DNA from: Basidiobolus meristosporus CBS 931.73
Taxonomy: Eukaryota > Fungi > Basidiobolomycota
DNA: 64,000 nucleotides
Assembly (NCBI GenBank): GCA_002104905.1
Contig: MCFE01000043.1
Coordinates: forward strand, 62,001 to 126,000
Direction: 5' to 3'
A program made the translations under genes and the position numbers. Each line of letters starts with the position of its first letter. The stretch's first letter is position 1. Under the pieces are notes generated by a model. That model saw only the letters and a list, made by a program, of their open reading frames with translations, did not search any database and was not told the DNA's origin. This document shows, in pieces, positions 48,660-61,006 of the stretch.

Positions 48660-51600
48660 AATATTGGACTATTTGGTATCATTCAGCAGCTAAAAATTTA
48701 CTTAACAATTCTAGGCTAGTCTTAGTCACTGTAGGACTCATTTACTGCCTTAACTTTGCCACTTTCTCCAGATATATGATCTTATGATTATTCCCCTATA
48801 GTCAGGATCAAATTAGCACTATTACCAAACATTATGTACTAACCCTGAAACTGTTACAGAATGCTCCTGAATATTGAGAAACCCTCCCTACTTAGTGTTG
48901 CAGCTGTATTACTTCTACAAAGGTATAAATACTGAGCTTCTTTGTGAATAAACAACAGTTCAACTATTATCACTATTTCTTTATAAGTTCCTTATATCCA
49001 AATCACTTCTTAAATTGCAACAAATTCCTCCCTGAGATTCTCAAAATGTGCCCTTGCTAGTGGTTTTGTCAATATATCTGCCACCATTTTGTTAGTTGGG
49101 CAGTACACTAACTCTACTAAGTTATTTTCTACAGCTTTCCTCACAAAGTGATGCCATATATCAATATGCTTAGTTCTGGCATGATTAGTAGGATTTCTAG
49201 CTAATGAAATACAGCTTTGATTATCCTTGTAAATACATGTTGGTCCATCTAAATTAAACCTAAGTCTCTGAATAATTTCATAGCCTTATAGCCTCCTTAG
49301 TTGCCTTACATGCAGCCATATATTCTGCTTCAATTGTAGATAGGGCCAAAGTTGGTTGTTTCTTGCAATTCCAAGTAATAGCTGCACCAGCATAAAGAAA
49401 TACATAGCCAGTGGTAGAGGATCTGTCAATCAGATCCCTACACCAATCTGAATCACTATGACCATCAAATTTTTGCCTATTAGCAGCTCCAGAGTATTCC
49501 AGTACTATATTTATGGTACCTTGTAGTTACCCAAAATTCACTTAACTGCTGCAATTTGATCTGATCCATAATTCTGCATGAATTGACTAACTATTCCAAC
49601 TGCCACTGCAATATCTGGACATGTAGACACCATCAAGTACATTAGGCTACGGACCATTAATTGACAGAGAAAGTTTTGGTCCATATTTTAGCTGTTTTCA
49701 TCTATAACTGGCTCAGATTTGCTTTATTTCAGGTTATTGTGCAAAGGGGTAATTGCAGTTTTGCAATTTTCCATTTGAAGTGTTTTAGAATGTCCCTGAT
49801 GTACTTAGACTGATTCAGCACAATTTTCTGTGTAGGTATGTCAAATCTAACCTCAATTCCAAGAAAATACCTCAGTTATCCAAGATCTTTCATCTCAAAC
49901 TTCCTGAAGAGATCTGATTTTGTCTGTATAAGTGCCTCTTGGTCACTCGAAGCTATAATTAGGTTGTCCACACAAAGAAATAGGATGATTACACCCCTTT
50001 TGAGCTGTCTCACATATATATATTGTGATCTGCAGCGCTACGAGAGAACCCAATCTCCTCCAGATATGTGTCAATCTTTTAATACCATGCTCTAGGTGCC
50101 TGCTTAAGCCCATAAAACAATCTTCTAAGTTTACACACCTTATGGGGTACTTTTGGATTGGTAAAGCCTTCTGGTTGCTCCATATAAATAGTTTCTTGCA
50201 AATCCCCATTAGGAAGGCTGTTTTGATGTCCATTCAGTGTGAATCTATAATGTGTACAGCTGCCAGGGGTAGAGCTGTCCTGATTGAGTTAAACTTGTCA
50301 ACCGGAGCAAATGTTTCCTTAAAGTCTAGTCCTTGGATCTGGGAATAGCCTTTAGCCACCAATCTAGCCTTATACTTATCAGAGGCACCTTTTGAGGTTA
50401 TCTTGATCTTGTAGACCCATCTACATCCTGTTGGCTTTCTCCTATTTGGTAAATCTATTGATTCCCACATTTTTGCCTTAATCAGTGATTGGTACTCCTC
50501 CTGCATGGCTTTTTGCCAGATAGCAGCATCTGGACTTTGCATAGCCTGTTCCAGGTTCTGAGGTTTGGCACATGAGGCAAGATAAGCTTCTCCATGATTA
50601 TTGGATGTCTGCCACCAGAATCCAGCGGCATTTCTGATTCTGGTATATCTCCAAGCAGCTGGCCAATGATATCTGTGGCTTTCTGATCTGAGTTCTCCTC
50701 AAATGCAACATCCCAGCTCTTATTCAGCTTCTGAATTTTGCCATCATACACTCTATACCCCTTAGTATTTACAAAAATACCCAAGAAAGATCCCTTTCCT
50801 ACTCTTTGGTTCCAACTTTGGGTGTTTTTTGTCAGGAATGTGATAAAAAACATCACTGCCAAAGATCTTGAGGTGCTGGAGATCTGATTTTTTGCCTGTA
50901 TATGCTTCAAAGGGTGTAGAATCAGGTAGTGCTCTTCTGAACAGTATTCTCCATTGTCACTTTGTAGTACCTTCAATTTACACCCAGTTTGTGTTTCTGC
51001 CATGTTAATGAAGTACTTAAATGTCTCTAAAGCTTCATCCCTTGTTGTGAGGAAGTACACCCATGTATATCTTGTTTTGTCATCAATCAACATCATAATG
51101 TATCTCTTGGCTCCAAAGGAGAGTGTCCTCATGGGGCCACATATGTCTGAGTGTACAATAGCCAATATTTTGGTGGTATTGATGCCGTTTGAGCTCTGGA
51201 GAAGTTGCCTGGCTTGTCTGCCATATGAACATCCCTTACCAACATTCAATTTGATAGGAATTGAGTATTTTAGGCCCAAAACAAGATGATTTTCACCAAT
51301 TGGCTCATTTTCTGTTCCCCAATGTTTGTCCATTCTCACTCAATATTGAGCAGCTCATCTTAGTAGAGACAAAATCAGTCCCTGAATAGTTGCTTTACAG
51401 ACCAAGAGTAAGTTCTTAGCTATTCCAGGTACATAGAGTACTTTAGTGAGTCTAGCTGTAGTTGCCCCTGGGCTATTGCTCATATTAAGTTGTATAGACC
51501 CACTGGCGGAAACTTCCAGAGCAGAGTAATCTCCAAGATACACCTTCTCATGGGAGTAGTCTTTAAGTTGCTGAACCACTCCTTTTTACCGCAAATATGC

Positions 51601-53909
51601 TGTGAAGCTCCAGATTCAATATACAATTCATTACTTTGGTTACTTGCACACTGTTGTATGTTACAACTAACTGATAATCAGTAGTTATATGGTTTGCCTG
51701 CTCTAGTTTGTGTTTTTTGCCTGCTTGTTTCTTCTTGCATTCTCTTGCCCAGTGTCCTGGCTTTTTACAATAGTTGCAGCAACCAGGTTTTCTTTGATTT
51801 TGTTGGGTTCCCTTCTTTTCTGAGTGCCTTTATGAACTGAATAAAGCATTATCTTTGATTTTCTCTGCTTGTTCATTATGTCTGAGTACTTCTTGGAGAA
51901 GTCTTCCTTTGAAATAGTCTAAAGTCAAGTTGGCTTCTCTGCTTTCAAAAAGAAAGTATGAGTGGCTCATACTGGTTTGCTAGGATGCAAAGCAGACAGA
52001 GTATCTTTTCTTCATCATCTGCACCAGCATTAATGCTGTAAAGTTCATCTGCAAGTGTCTCCATTTTGGTAATGAGTTGCAGCATGTCATCATCTGGCTT
52101 CTTCCTCATGTTGAAGAACTTTTGTTTCAAATACCGCTTGCTTGATACTGACTTTGTTCAAAAGATCTTCTCTGAGGATTCACATGCTGCTTTGGCAGTA
52201 TTTGGGGCATGCATTTGTCCAATGATGGAATCTTGCACATTGATGCATATGGCATTAAAGGCCTTTCTCTCCATCTCTTGAAACTTCTCCACTTCTTCTG
52301 CTATTCCTTTGGGCTCAACTTCTTTTCCTGTTACTATATTCTAAAGCTGTCTTTCCTCAAGGTGGATATGCACCTCACTTCTCCAAAGTTTGTAGTTCTT
52401 CCCATCAAGCCTCTCATTTACAGGGAAGATGTTTGTATTGCTTGGTTTGCTGGTAGAAGACATCTTTAGAATAGATTAAGGCAATTGAGGCTCATAACCT
52501 GTTGCTATTTAAGAAGTCATTTGGATATAAGAAACTTCTCAAGAAATAGTGAAAATAGTTGAACTGTTGTTTACTAATAAGAAGCTCAGTATTTATACCT
52601 TTGTAGAAGTACTACAGCTATAACATTAAGTAATGAGGGTTTCTCAGTATTCAGGAGCATTCTGTAGCAGTTTCAGGGTTAGTACATGATAGTTATAATA
52701 AGTGCTACTATGATCCTGACTATAGGGGAATAATCATATGATCATATATCTGAAAAAAGTGGTGAAGTTTGAGCTGTGATTAGCTTCACAGTAAGCAATA
52801 CTAGTCCAAAATTGTTAAGTAAATTTTTAGCTGCTGAATGATACCAAGTAGTCCAATTTTTCAACAAAGGATGCAAGAAGAAACAAGCAAACAAGAAACA
52901 GAGTCTAAAGCAGGCAAGCCATTTAAGTACTGATGAACAGTTACTTGTAACTGTACAAGAGAGTGCAAGTAACCAGAGTAATGAGTGGTATATTGACTCT
53001 GGAGCATCACAGCATATTTGTGGTATAAAGGATTGGTTCAGCAACTTAAAGACTATTCCTGTAAAAAAGGTTTAACTAGGAAATAACTCTGCTCCAGAAG
53101 CTACCGCCAGTGGGTCTATACAAGTATATATGAGTAATAGCTCAGGGGCAACAACAGAGAGACTGACTGACGTACTCTATGTTCCTGGAATAGCTAAGAA
53201 CCTACTCTCAGTTGGTAAAGCAACTGCTAAGGGACTGATTTTGTTTCTACTAAGATGAGCTGCTTAATATTGAGTGAAAATGGACAAACATTAGCTTTTG
53301 GAACCGGAGATCACAATATATACAAGTTACAATTTAAGATCATTGTACCTGAGTATGTCAACATTGCTAAAACTGATGAAACCAACTGGGAGATGTGGCA
53401 TAGGAGGCTAGGACATCTTGGGAAACAGAAAATGAGCCAGCTGGTAAAATATCAGCTTGTTTTGAGTCAAAAACTCTCAATTGCAATCAATTTGAAGGTT
53501 TGTAAGGGATGTTTATATGGCAAACAAGCTAGGCAATGCTTCATGAGCTCAGAAGGCATCAATACCACCAAAATTTTGGCTACTGTACACTCAGATATAT
53601 GTGGCCCCATGAGAATACTGTCTTTTGGATTCACTGAGGTAGGTGTGTTGTCAGAAAGAGCAGGAGTTTCAGAAAAGTATCATAAATTTAACTCAACCTT
53701 TGTAAAATAATGGATCCAATCAAGATTAGCCATCAGGATTCAGCACTTATATGATAATAGCTGGGAAGTCTTGACCCTCCTCACAAACCTATGGTGAACT
53801 TGCAACAAAATCTTGCTATCTTTACTGCCATATAAGTTCATATATTTGGCAGTGTTTTGACAGTCTTTTTGCAAGGCTTTCATGGCATTCAGATAATCTT
53901 GAGATGATA

Positions 53910-53929
53910 AATATATATATATATATATA
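53910..53929. repeat. (AT)n microsatellite
   Basis: About ten AT units. Confidence 0.8.
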
Positions 53930-54323
53930 CTTGAGCAGATCCAACAAGCCTATGCACATAGTTTCCCTATATGGCAGAAGCTTTGATAGTGTTTTACAGT
54001 GCTGATTTAGACTACTATGGGCATCATCACACTAGTATAGTAGCCCTTATTTGGATCTGTATGCCAGACTTGTTCCACTGGATAGGGCAGCATAATGAAA
54101 GCTTGTTTATAGAGCTGGATCAATCTGGCACTCTACAGCACTATCTGGCACAATGATTAATACCATGATGCAAGTAGTAGGATAGAGTTACCAGTATTTT
54201 TGGCCCAACATACTTATATTGAGCAGACTAGTGGTTATCTTGCTTTTTTTACTTCTCATGTTGCTCATACACATTTCCCTTGGTGGGTGTTGTCATATAT
54301 GGGTATACTCTACATTAGTATGT

Positions 54324-54711
54324 AGACCCTTCCCATTTGATAGTGCCACATTGATCCAATGGTGCCAAATAGTGGCTCAGTGTGCCAGATATGCATAACA
54401 GAACTATACTTTGCCACACAATGTCAAACAAGAACATACATCTTCATGGTGGTAGTCCATGTGTTTTGCCCATTGTAGTAGAGAAAATCCACTTTCTGTC
54501 CTCTTTATTTGGAATCCATATGGTGCATGAAGTGCAAGAGCACCTAAGGGCTGCAGACATTCATATGGTACTAATTACCTGCAGCACCCTGAATCCAGCT
54601 ACAGAGGCTTATAACATGTCACAAAACTGGATGGCATTATCCTAGTCCACCAGTACTATTGGGTGCTATGATTAAGTATTAGCCCTAAAGTAAGACCTAT
54701 GCAAAGTGCTT
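54324..54711. mobile_element. Diverged hairpin MITE (one arm plus spacer; second arm deleted) inside the parental transposase
   Basis: AGACCCTTCCCATTTGATAGTGCCAC... through the spacer GCCCTAAAGTAAGAC. Confidence 0.75.
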
Positions 54712-55123
54712 GGAGTGCTAAACAATATGTTCCTGCTAAGCCAGATGACATTACACCTGATATCAACAGTGCTTAAACTTCTCACAGTGTGACTTGTATT
54801 TGCCAAAACAAAACTGCCTCTGCCCACAACAAGGACTATTACTGCTCCCTGAGAATGAATCCAAGATTCTCCTGATATAAAGCCTATTGCTAAGCATTCC
54901 AAGTTAGTATGGTCTTTTAAGCTTTGGAGCTTAGGATTCCAAGCTTGCACTAGGTCATTGATACTCCCTGCAATGTATTTCTCCATTTTTGCCAGCTGGT
55001 AGCAAAAGCTTGTAAGGCATTTGTTTCCCTGCATGGTAGGATATGAGCTTGAAGTGCAGAAGCTCTTGTAATAGCCAAGAGGCTTAACAGGGGATCATTA
55101 TGAGCAGATTGGGATAGGTTATT

Positions 55124-55857
55124 AGACTTGTTCCATTGGATAGTGCCACACTGAGCCATGAGTGCCAAATGATGCCATAGTGTGCCAGAGAGGCCAAGTG
55201 AGCCTCTACCTGGCCACAGAGTGTGATACATAGCTCCGCATCTTCATTCAAAGCAGCCCCTGTGTTTGACCCTTTGTGCAGGAGAAAATCCATTTTTTGA
55301 CCTTTTTTTGTGGATCAATTTAGCTCAGGATGTGTAAGAGCACACAAGAACTGAAGATATGCATCTGGTACTCAATACCCATGGCACTCTGAATCTAGCT
55401 CCTGTAGCTTGTATCATGTCACAAAAATGAATGGCACTATCTTGGTCCACTGGTACTATCTGGCACTATAAGTGCTTTGTATAGATCTTACTTTAGGGCT
55501 AATATTTAAATATAGTGCCAGATAGTACCAGTGGACCAAGATAGTGCCATTCATTTTTGTGACATGATACAAGCTACAGGAGCTAGATTCAGAGTGCCAT
55601 GGGTATTGAGTACCAGATGCATATCTTCAGTTCTTGTGTGCTCTTACACATCCTGAGCTAAATTGATCCACAAAAAAAGGTCAAAAAATGGATTTTCTCC
55701 TGCACAATGGGTGAAACACAGGGGCTGCTTTGAATGAAGATGCAGAGCTATATTTCACACTCTGTGGCCAAGTATAGGTTCACTTGACCTCTCTGGCACA
55801 CTATGGCATCATTTGGCACTCATGGCTCAATGTGGCACTATCCAACAGAACAAATCT
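55124..55857. mobile_element. 734-bp hairpin MITE (copy 3) inside the parental transposase
   Basis: 347-nt arm, 40-nt spacer, 347-nt arm; perfect TSD ATT. Confidence 0.93.
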
Positions 55858-57510
55858 ATTGACAGCATTTGGTGCAGATTACCTCTAATATGCCAAGCAA
55901 CATTGATCAGTAGTGGTAGGATTAATGAGAAAGATCTTGGAGTGAAGTATGTTACACCACAATCAGTAAGCCATCAAGTGTAAATGTGTTGAGTCAGTTT
56001 TGTACAATCAGCCTAATTTATCTGGCTCTCCATGCATTATGCTTAAATCTTCATTAATTGCAATTTATCCCATTATTACATTTTAAAATTTACCTTGTAC
56101 AATGATTTAATGACTTTATTGATCAATTAAATAAAAGTCACAAGTAAAGTAAAATATCTGCCGCTGATATGATCAGATCCATAGGAATGCAATCCAAGCT
56201 GGCTCCATAACATCATCTAGTGCTATGTAGCATGGCAAATCTATAGCACTGTACTCATCAACCAGAATGCAAAACACTTACTACAAGTATACAAGAAGCC
56301 AAGATGATAGTCCAAAAGGAAGTAGTGTAGGTGTGCAAAGTTAATCACAATGGATACTTCAGTGTTAATCTCTGAGAGAAAAAAAACTTGAAAATGATGT
56401 AACTTTATTGAATTATAATGATATTTCATAATCTGGGCATTACAAGCTTTTCTCAGCAATTGAAATCCAAATCATATGCAAATCATTGATCACTAAATCT
56501 TTCTTACAAGCAATATCATGGTTGTCTTGCACTTAGGGCAGTATCTCAACTAATAAGCACCCTGCATATATACACATCATTTGCAATGCCAGTACAGCTA
56601 CTTAGTCTGTCTTACTGCCACCAAATTGGTTGCATACCTGCTGTACCCACCTATTCACTCTTTACATCAATGACTTGTTCAATAGCAAGATGGGACACTT
56701 GATGTTAAAACAGGTTGCTTGGATATTGGCCTCCCAGTCAAATGGGGACTCATGGCTTCAGTAAACTTTTGGAGCTATTAACCACTGGCATATCTTTTAA
56801 TTAGAATGATGGCAACCAGCATAGTAAGCATCAGTACAGTTTATTTTGTGATACACTTTCATTTCCATTTACATTGAAGAAATATTTTCAAATACCTGAT
56901 TCTACCTACTTATAGAGTGGTATCCAATTTAGCATGTGATGCAACTACTACAAGATGGCACCATCATCAGTGCCAACCTCATGGTGTCAGATTGTGCTAC
57001 AATGTCCATGGTTATCCCACATAGTGTAAACTGTCTAAGAACAGTCATGCCTACTGGGAGCAATATTATTATGTCTAATTTGTTTTAGTGACTGCAGATT
57101 GCAGTGCACATCCTGGCTTGGTACAATGAAATCAGTATAATTAACAATACCAGTTTGCCAATTGGTATTGAGTAAGTCATACAAAGATTGTAGGTGAATA
57201 TGTAGATGTGATTTGAATTGATATGGCAAAATAAGCTTGATTTATCCAATTTTCCTTGCATTATAATTAAATCTCCATTTATTGCCATGTATCTCATCAT
57301 AATGTTGCAACAATTTTTGCTAAATAATGACTTGGAGACTATATTAATGAATTACCTACAAGACTATAATCAAAGAAGAAATCTGCAATTGAAGTGATCT
57401 GATCCATTTCAATGCAATGGGAGATCTATCATGCCTAATACATGGAAAGCTCAAAACCACAATAGTGCTCATATATGATCATTATATGTGATGGTTGATA
57501 CAATTTTATT

Positions 57511-57872
57511 AGACTTGTTCTGGGGGACAGTATATCATAATGTCAGCTTGCTTAAAGTTTTGGGTCAGTCTTGTACTCTAATTTCTTCCACAATCTCAAT
57601 GGTAGAATAGAGTTACTGGTGAATGTATTCAATCTTGCTTATAATGCTCATAATAGCGCTTTTCTTGCTTTATTTAATATGCATAATGCTTCAGACCCAT
57701 TTTTACAGTGGATGTCTCCTTGTAGTAGGACACTTTGCATTACTACATTTGTTGTCTACTTAATCCATTTTGCTGTGTGCCCTTATATATATATATAAAT
57801 TTACACTGTATTTACCTACTAACATGCAGCATCTCTATCTAAATACAACACTTTACCCACCATAATAATGGT
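57511..57872 (-). mobile_element. PHIS element copy 3: TIR and transposase 3' remnant
   Basis: ATT|AGACTTGTTCTG; aligns with 11455-11800. Confidence 0.7.
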
Positions 57873-58603
57873 AGACATGCTCCATTGGATAGTGCCACAT
57901 TGAGCCATGTGTGCTGAATAGTGGCATTGTGTGCCAAAGAGGTATAGCAGACCTAAACTTAGCCACAGAGAGTGGGACTTAGTACTTTGGCTTTGTGTAG
58001 AGCAGCCCTTGTAATTCACCTCTTGTGCAGGGAAAATCCAATTTTTTGGCCATATTTTTAGATCAATATTGTGCATGATGTATAAGAGCACAGAAGGACT
58101 GAAGATATGGATCTAGTACTAAATCCCTAAGGCACTCTGAATTTAGCTCCTACGGCTTGTAACATAGTATAAAAATGAATTGCACTATCTTGGTTCACTG
58201 TTACTATCTGGCACTATAACTACTTTGTATGGGTTTTACCTTTGGGCTAATATTTAGATAAAGGGCCAGATAGTGCCAGTGGACCAAGATAATGCTATGC
58301 ATTTGTATTACATGTTACAAGCTGCAGGAGTTAGATTCAGTGCACCATTGGTATTGAGTGCCATATGCATGACTTTAGTTCTTCTGTTTTCTAGCACATT
58401 GTGCACAACATTGATCCCCAAAGAAAGGTCAAATGTAGATTTTTTCCAGCACAACTTGTGAAACACAGGAGCTGCTTTGCATGAACATGAAGAACTATGT
58501 TTCATACTCAATGGCAATGCATAGGTCCACCTGGCCTCTTGGGCACATTATGGCATCATTTGCACTTACAACTCAATGTGCCAATATCCAACAGAACAAG
58601 TCT
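57873..58603. mobile_element. Hairpin MITE (copy 4, diverged)
   Basis: AGACATGCTCC..GAACAAGTCT; TSD GGT/AGT. Confidence 0.85.
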
Positions 58604-58606
58604 AGT

Positions 58607-60013
58607 ATATAATTACACACACAATACAAGTATTACCAGTTGGCTTGTGAAGTAATGCAACAAAGTTCCATCACTCTCCTATCACTATTCATAGTAGTTC
58701 AAGCCAGTCTTGTATTTGGGACATTAAACTTGTTCTATTGCACCTTGATAGGGGTTGCAGCATGATTGGTGGTTTCTGAGAACAATTGGGTGCAATAATG
58801 TAACTACCAGTTGGCAATATTGCTCTTAGGCAATTTTGCACTATTGCAACAATCTTGAACACTACACCACAATCTGACACAGTGAGGTTGGCACAGATCA
58901 TTGTGCCAACTTGTAGTGCTTGCATCATGTGTGCAATTGAATACTACTATTATGTTAGGTATCAACTGGTATTTAAACATGTTTCTCAATTGTAAATCCA
59001 TATAAATGTGTATCACACTATAGACAATACTGATACTTTCCATTTTGATTACCTTACTGTATTTGGATGGTATTTCAGCGGTTGATTGTTCTAAACTTAT
59101 TGTGAAGTTGTGAGCCCCTCATTGGCTCATTGACCAATATACAAGCTATCTGACTTGCCATTAAATATCCCAAATTGCCTATTGAACAAGTAAAACCCTG
59201 ATATCAGTGAGTGGCCAAGGTATTGTAGCTAGCATGTGAGTATTGGGTAGGTGCTAAGCAGACCAAGTTGCTGCACTGGCATTACGGATGATACTTTAGT
59301 AAGCTAGTGTTTACCTATTGGGGTTCTGTCTCAAATGTGAAACAACCTTGATATTACTTACATCAAGAATTTAGTGATCGTTGGTGTGCAATGGATTGAA
59401 TTGAATAGCAAAAGATATGGGTTGTTTGTAGTATGACAAGTTATAGCAACTTAATGCAATTGCGTCATCTTCTCCTGGTTAATTTTTTTGACAAAGATTA
59501 GTACCAGAGCACTTGTAGTGTTTCACTTTGCACATCTAAACTCCTTCCTTGTTGGCTATCATCTTGGCCACTTGTCTACTTGTAGTTAATATTTAACATT
59601 CAGGTTGATGAATGCAGTGCTGTAGCCTGGCCTCACTCAGTCACTCCCAGGGATGTTATGGAACCAGCCTCAAGTGCCATGTGCTGACATGTTCTTTTAA
59701 TTGCCAAATGCTCTTGTAGTGGAGGTACTTCTAGTGGGACTTTGCTAATCTGTTCACCAGAAGGAATTTAGTGCTGGTCAGGTGTAAAAGCACACGCAGT
59801 CACAACATGATGTGTAGGTATAGCTCTTTGATCAGTCCAATGTAATGCTAAGTATAGGCACAACTTGGCCAGCTCCAGTGGACTATGTCCAATTGAGGAG
59901 TCTGTAAAGTTCTAATAGTTTTCCTCCAAACTGCATGTGTTGACCCAGCACACATCAAATCAGTGTGTGGCACTCTGATCAAGGATGTTGGCATTGACTG
60001 TATTGTCATGCAC
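58607..60013 (-). mobile_element. Inverted fragment of the ORF Y-containing segment (ORF Y 3' part and downstream region)
   Basis: Reverse complement aligns with 14280-15610. Confidence 0.6.
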
Positions 60014-61006
60014 TGTAATGGGGTCACAGTGACCTCCACTGACAGATGTGCTCATTCTCATATTTTCTACTTGCCTATTTTTCTACTGCTCTAATGTTAG
60101 TTTTATCCCATTTGACTTCCTTGATATGTACTATCCCATAAGCTGGCTGACTATCACACCTGCTTATGTTATTGCATAAGTTATTCCTCACTTTGTGTAT
60201 GATCAATTGCTGAAAGTGCTTTTATATTAGGCAACTACTTGTGGCAGTACCAACAATACATGACCAAACTGTGTAACCATCCCTGCCATTTTGATGCCAT
60301 ATATTGTAACCCTATACTACATAGGTCTTAGAACACTGATTTCTGATTGGTTGGGTGTGTTGTGCCACTTAGAACCTTCTGGCACCTACTTGTGTTGTAA
60401 AAATTTGTAATTCCACCTAAATATTGACCCAGCTTAGTCACTTAGATTGTTGCCTTCAAATCCTAGGGGATACCGACAGAATTCCTTGTTGATATTTACT
60501 TAGAATATTTTCACCAAAATATTAGATGGGCAGAGCATGAAGATTCTCAAAGTTGTCCAAACAGCCCCACACTTGGCACACATGTTGTTGGGACCTTTTG
60601 TAGCCTATTCTATGTGTTTGAAATGCTAAGACCATATAGAAGTATAAATACTACTTTTACAATCAATAAATTGTTAAGTGAAAACCACATAATCTGCTTG
60701 TCCTCCCAAATCACTTCCAATATCTTAAAGACTCTTACAACATTTAGAACATTCTTAACTCATTCTGATGTCATTTAGATCTGTATTTGATCACCAGAAC
60801 CTTGTGGAATACCATGATTTGTAATCACTTTGCCAGTGAGGAAAGTATATACAGGTGGCAATCCCACAACAATAAATCATCATCCCTTGTATCAATATAC
60901 CGGCTTGCTTATCAGTGTGATCACTGCTACCTGCTACCTGAGCTTCCAAACCCAGACCACAGGACACCCCCAGGAAACCCCACTGACAGCCAACTCACCT
61001 TGGAGG
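60014..61006 (+). repeat. Diverged Gypsy-A LTR, split by a Copia-A solo LTR and cut by Gypsy-B
   Basis: TGTAATGGGGTCACAGTGAC start; matches the reverse complement of 22555-23196. Confidence 0.85.
60393..60742 (+). repeat. Copia-A solo LTR
   Basis: TGTTGTAAAA..TTACAACA; decayed TSD near CTTAG. Confidence 0.88.

Larger units (their letters stand above)
44338..49022 (+). mobile_element. Copia-B copy 3 (inner, youngest, near-intact)
   Basis: 369-bp LTRs 44338-44706 and 48654-49022 with 1 difference; TSD TATTC/AATTC; PPT GTTGAGGGGGAG. Confidence 0.97.
43933..52866 (-). mobile_element. Copia-B copy 2 (middle), inserted in the gag zinc knuckle of copy 1
   Basis: LTRs 43933-44301 and 52500-52866 (roughly 80-85% identical by eye); PPT 44302-44313; PBS 52488-52499; several internal deletions. 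Confidence 0.9.
42807..53629 (+). mobile_element. Copia-B copy 1 (outer, oldest, 3'-truncated)
   Basis: 5' LTR ~42807-43174; PBS GGTTATGAGCC; gag 43202-43932 resumes at 52867 (KKKQA..WYIDSGASQH..HSDICGP) and stops near 53629. Confidence 0.85.
54066..57170 (-). mobile_element. PHIS (Pangu-like) element copy 2, degenerate, ORF Y deleted
   Basis: TIR AGACTTGTTCCACTGGATAG; 54066-54320 matches 11455-11720; AGSINDLVQAW and SHTVRSLSTVDIRCNVIW are homologous to copy 1; 56220-57170 matches 14660-15600. Confidence 0.7.

Noticed and set aside
53630-53720. CCTTTGTAAAATAAT near 53697 as a fifth CACTA-like terminus
   Set aside because: It sits at the expected place before the right-end segment, but is too degenerate and needs a deletion to align; not counted.
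53910-53929. (AT)n tracts near PHIS insertions (also ~57785) as target sites
   Set aside because: They lie 80-140 nt from the junctions and are not at any TSD.
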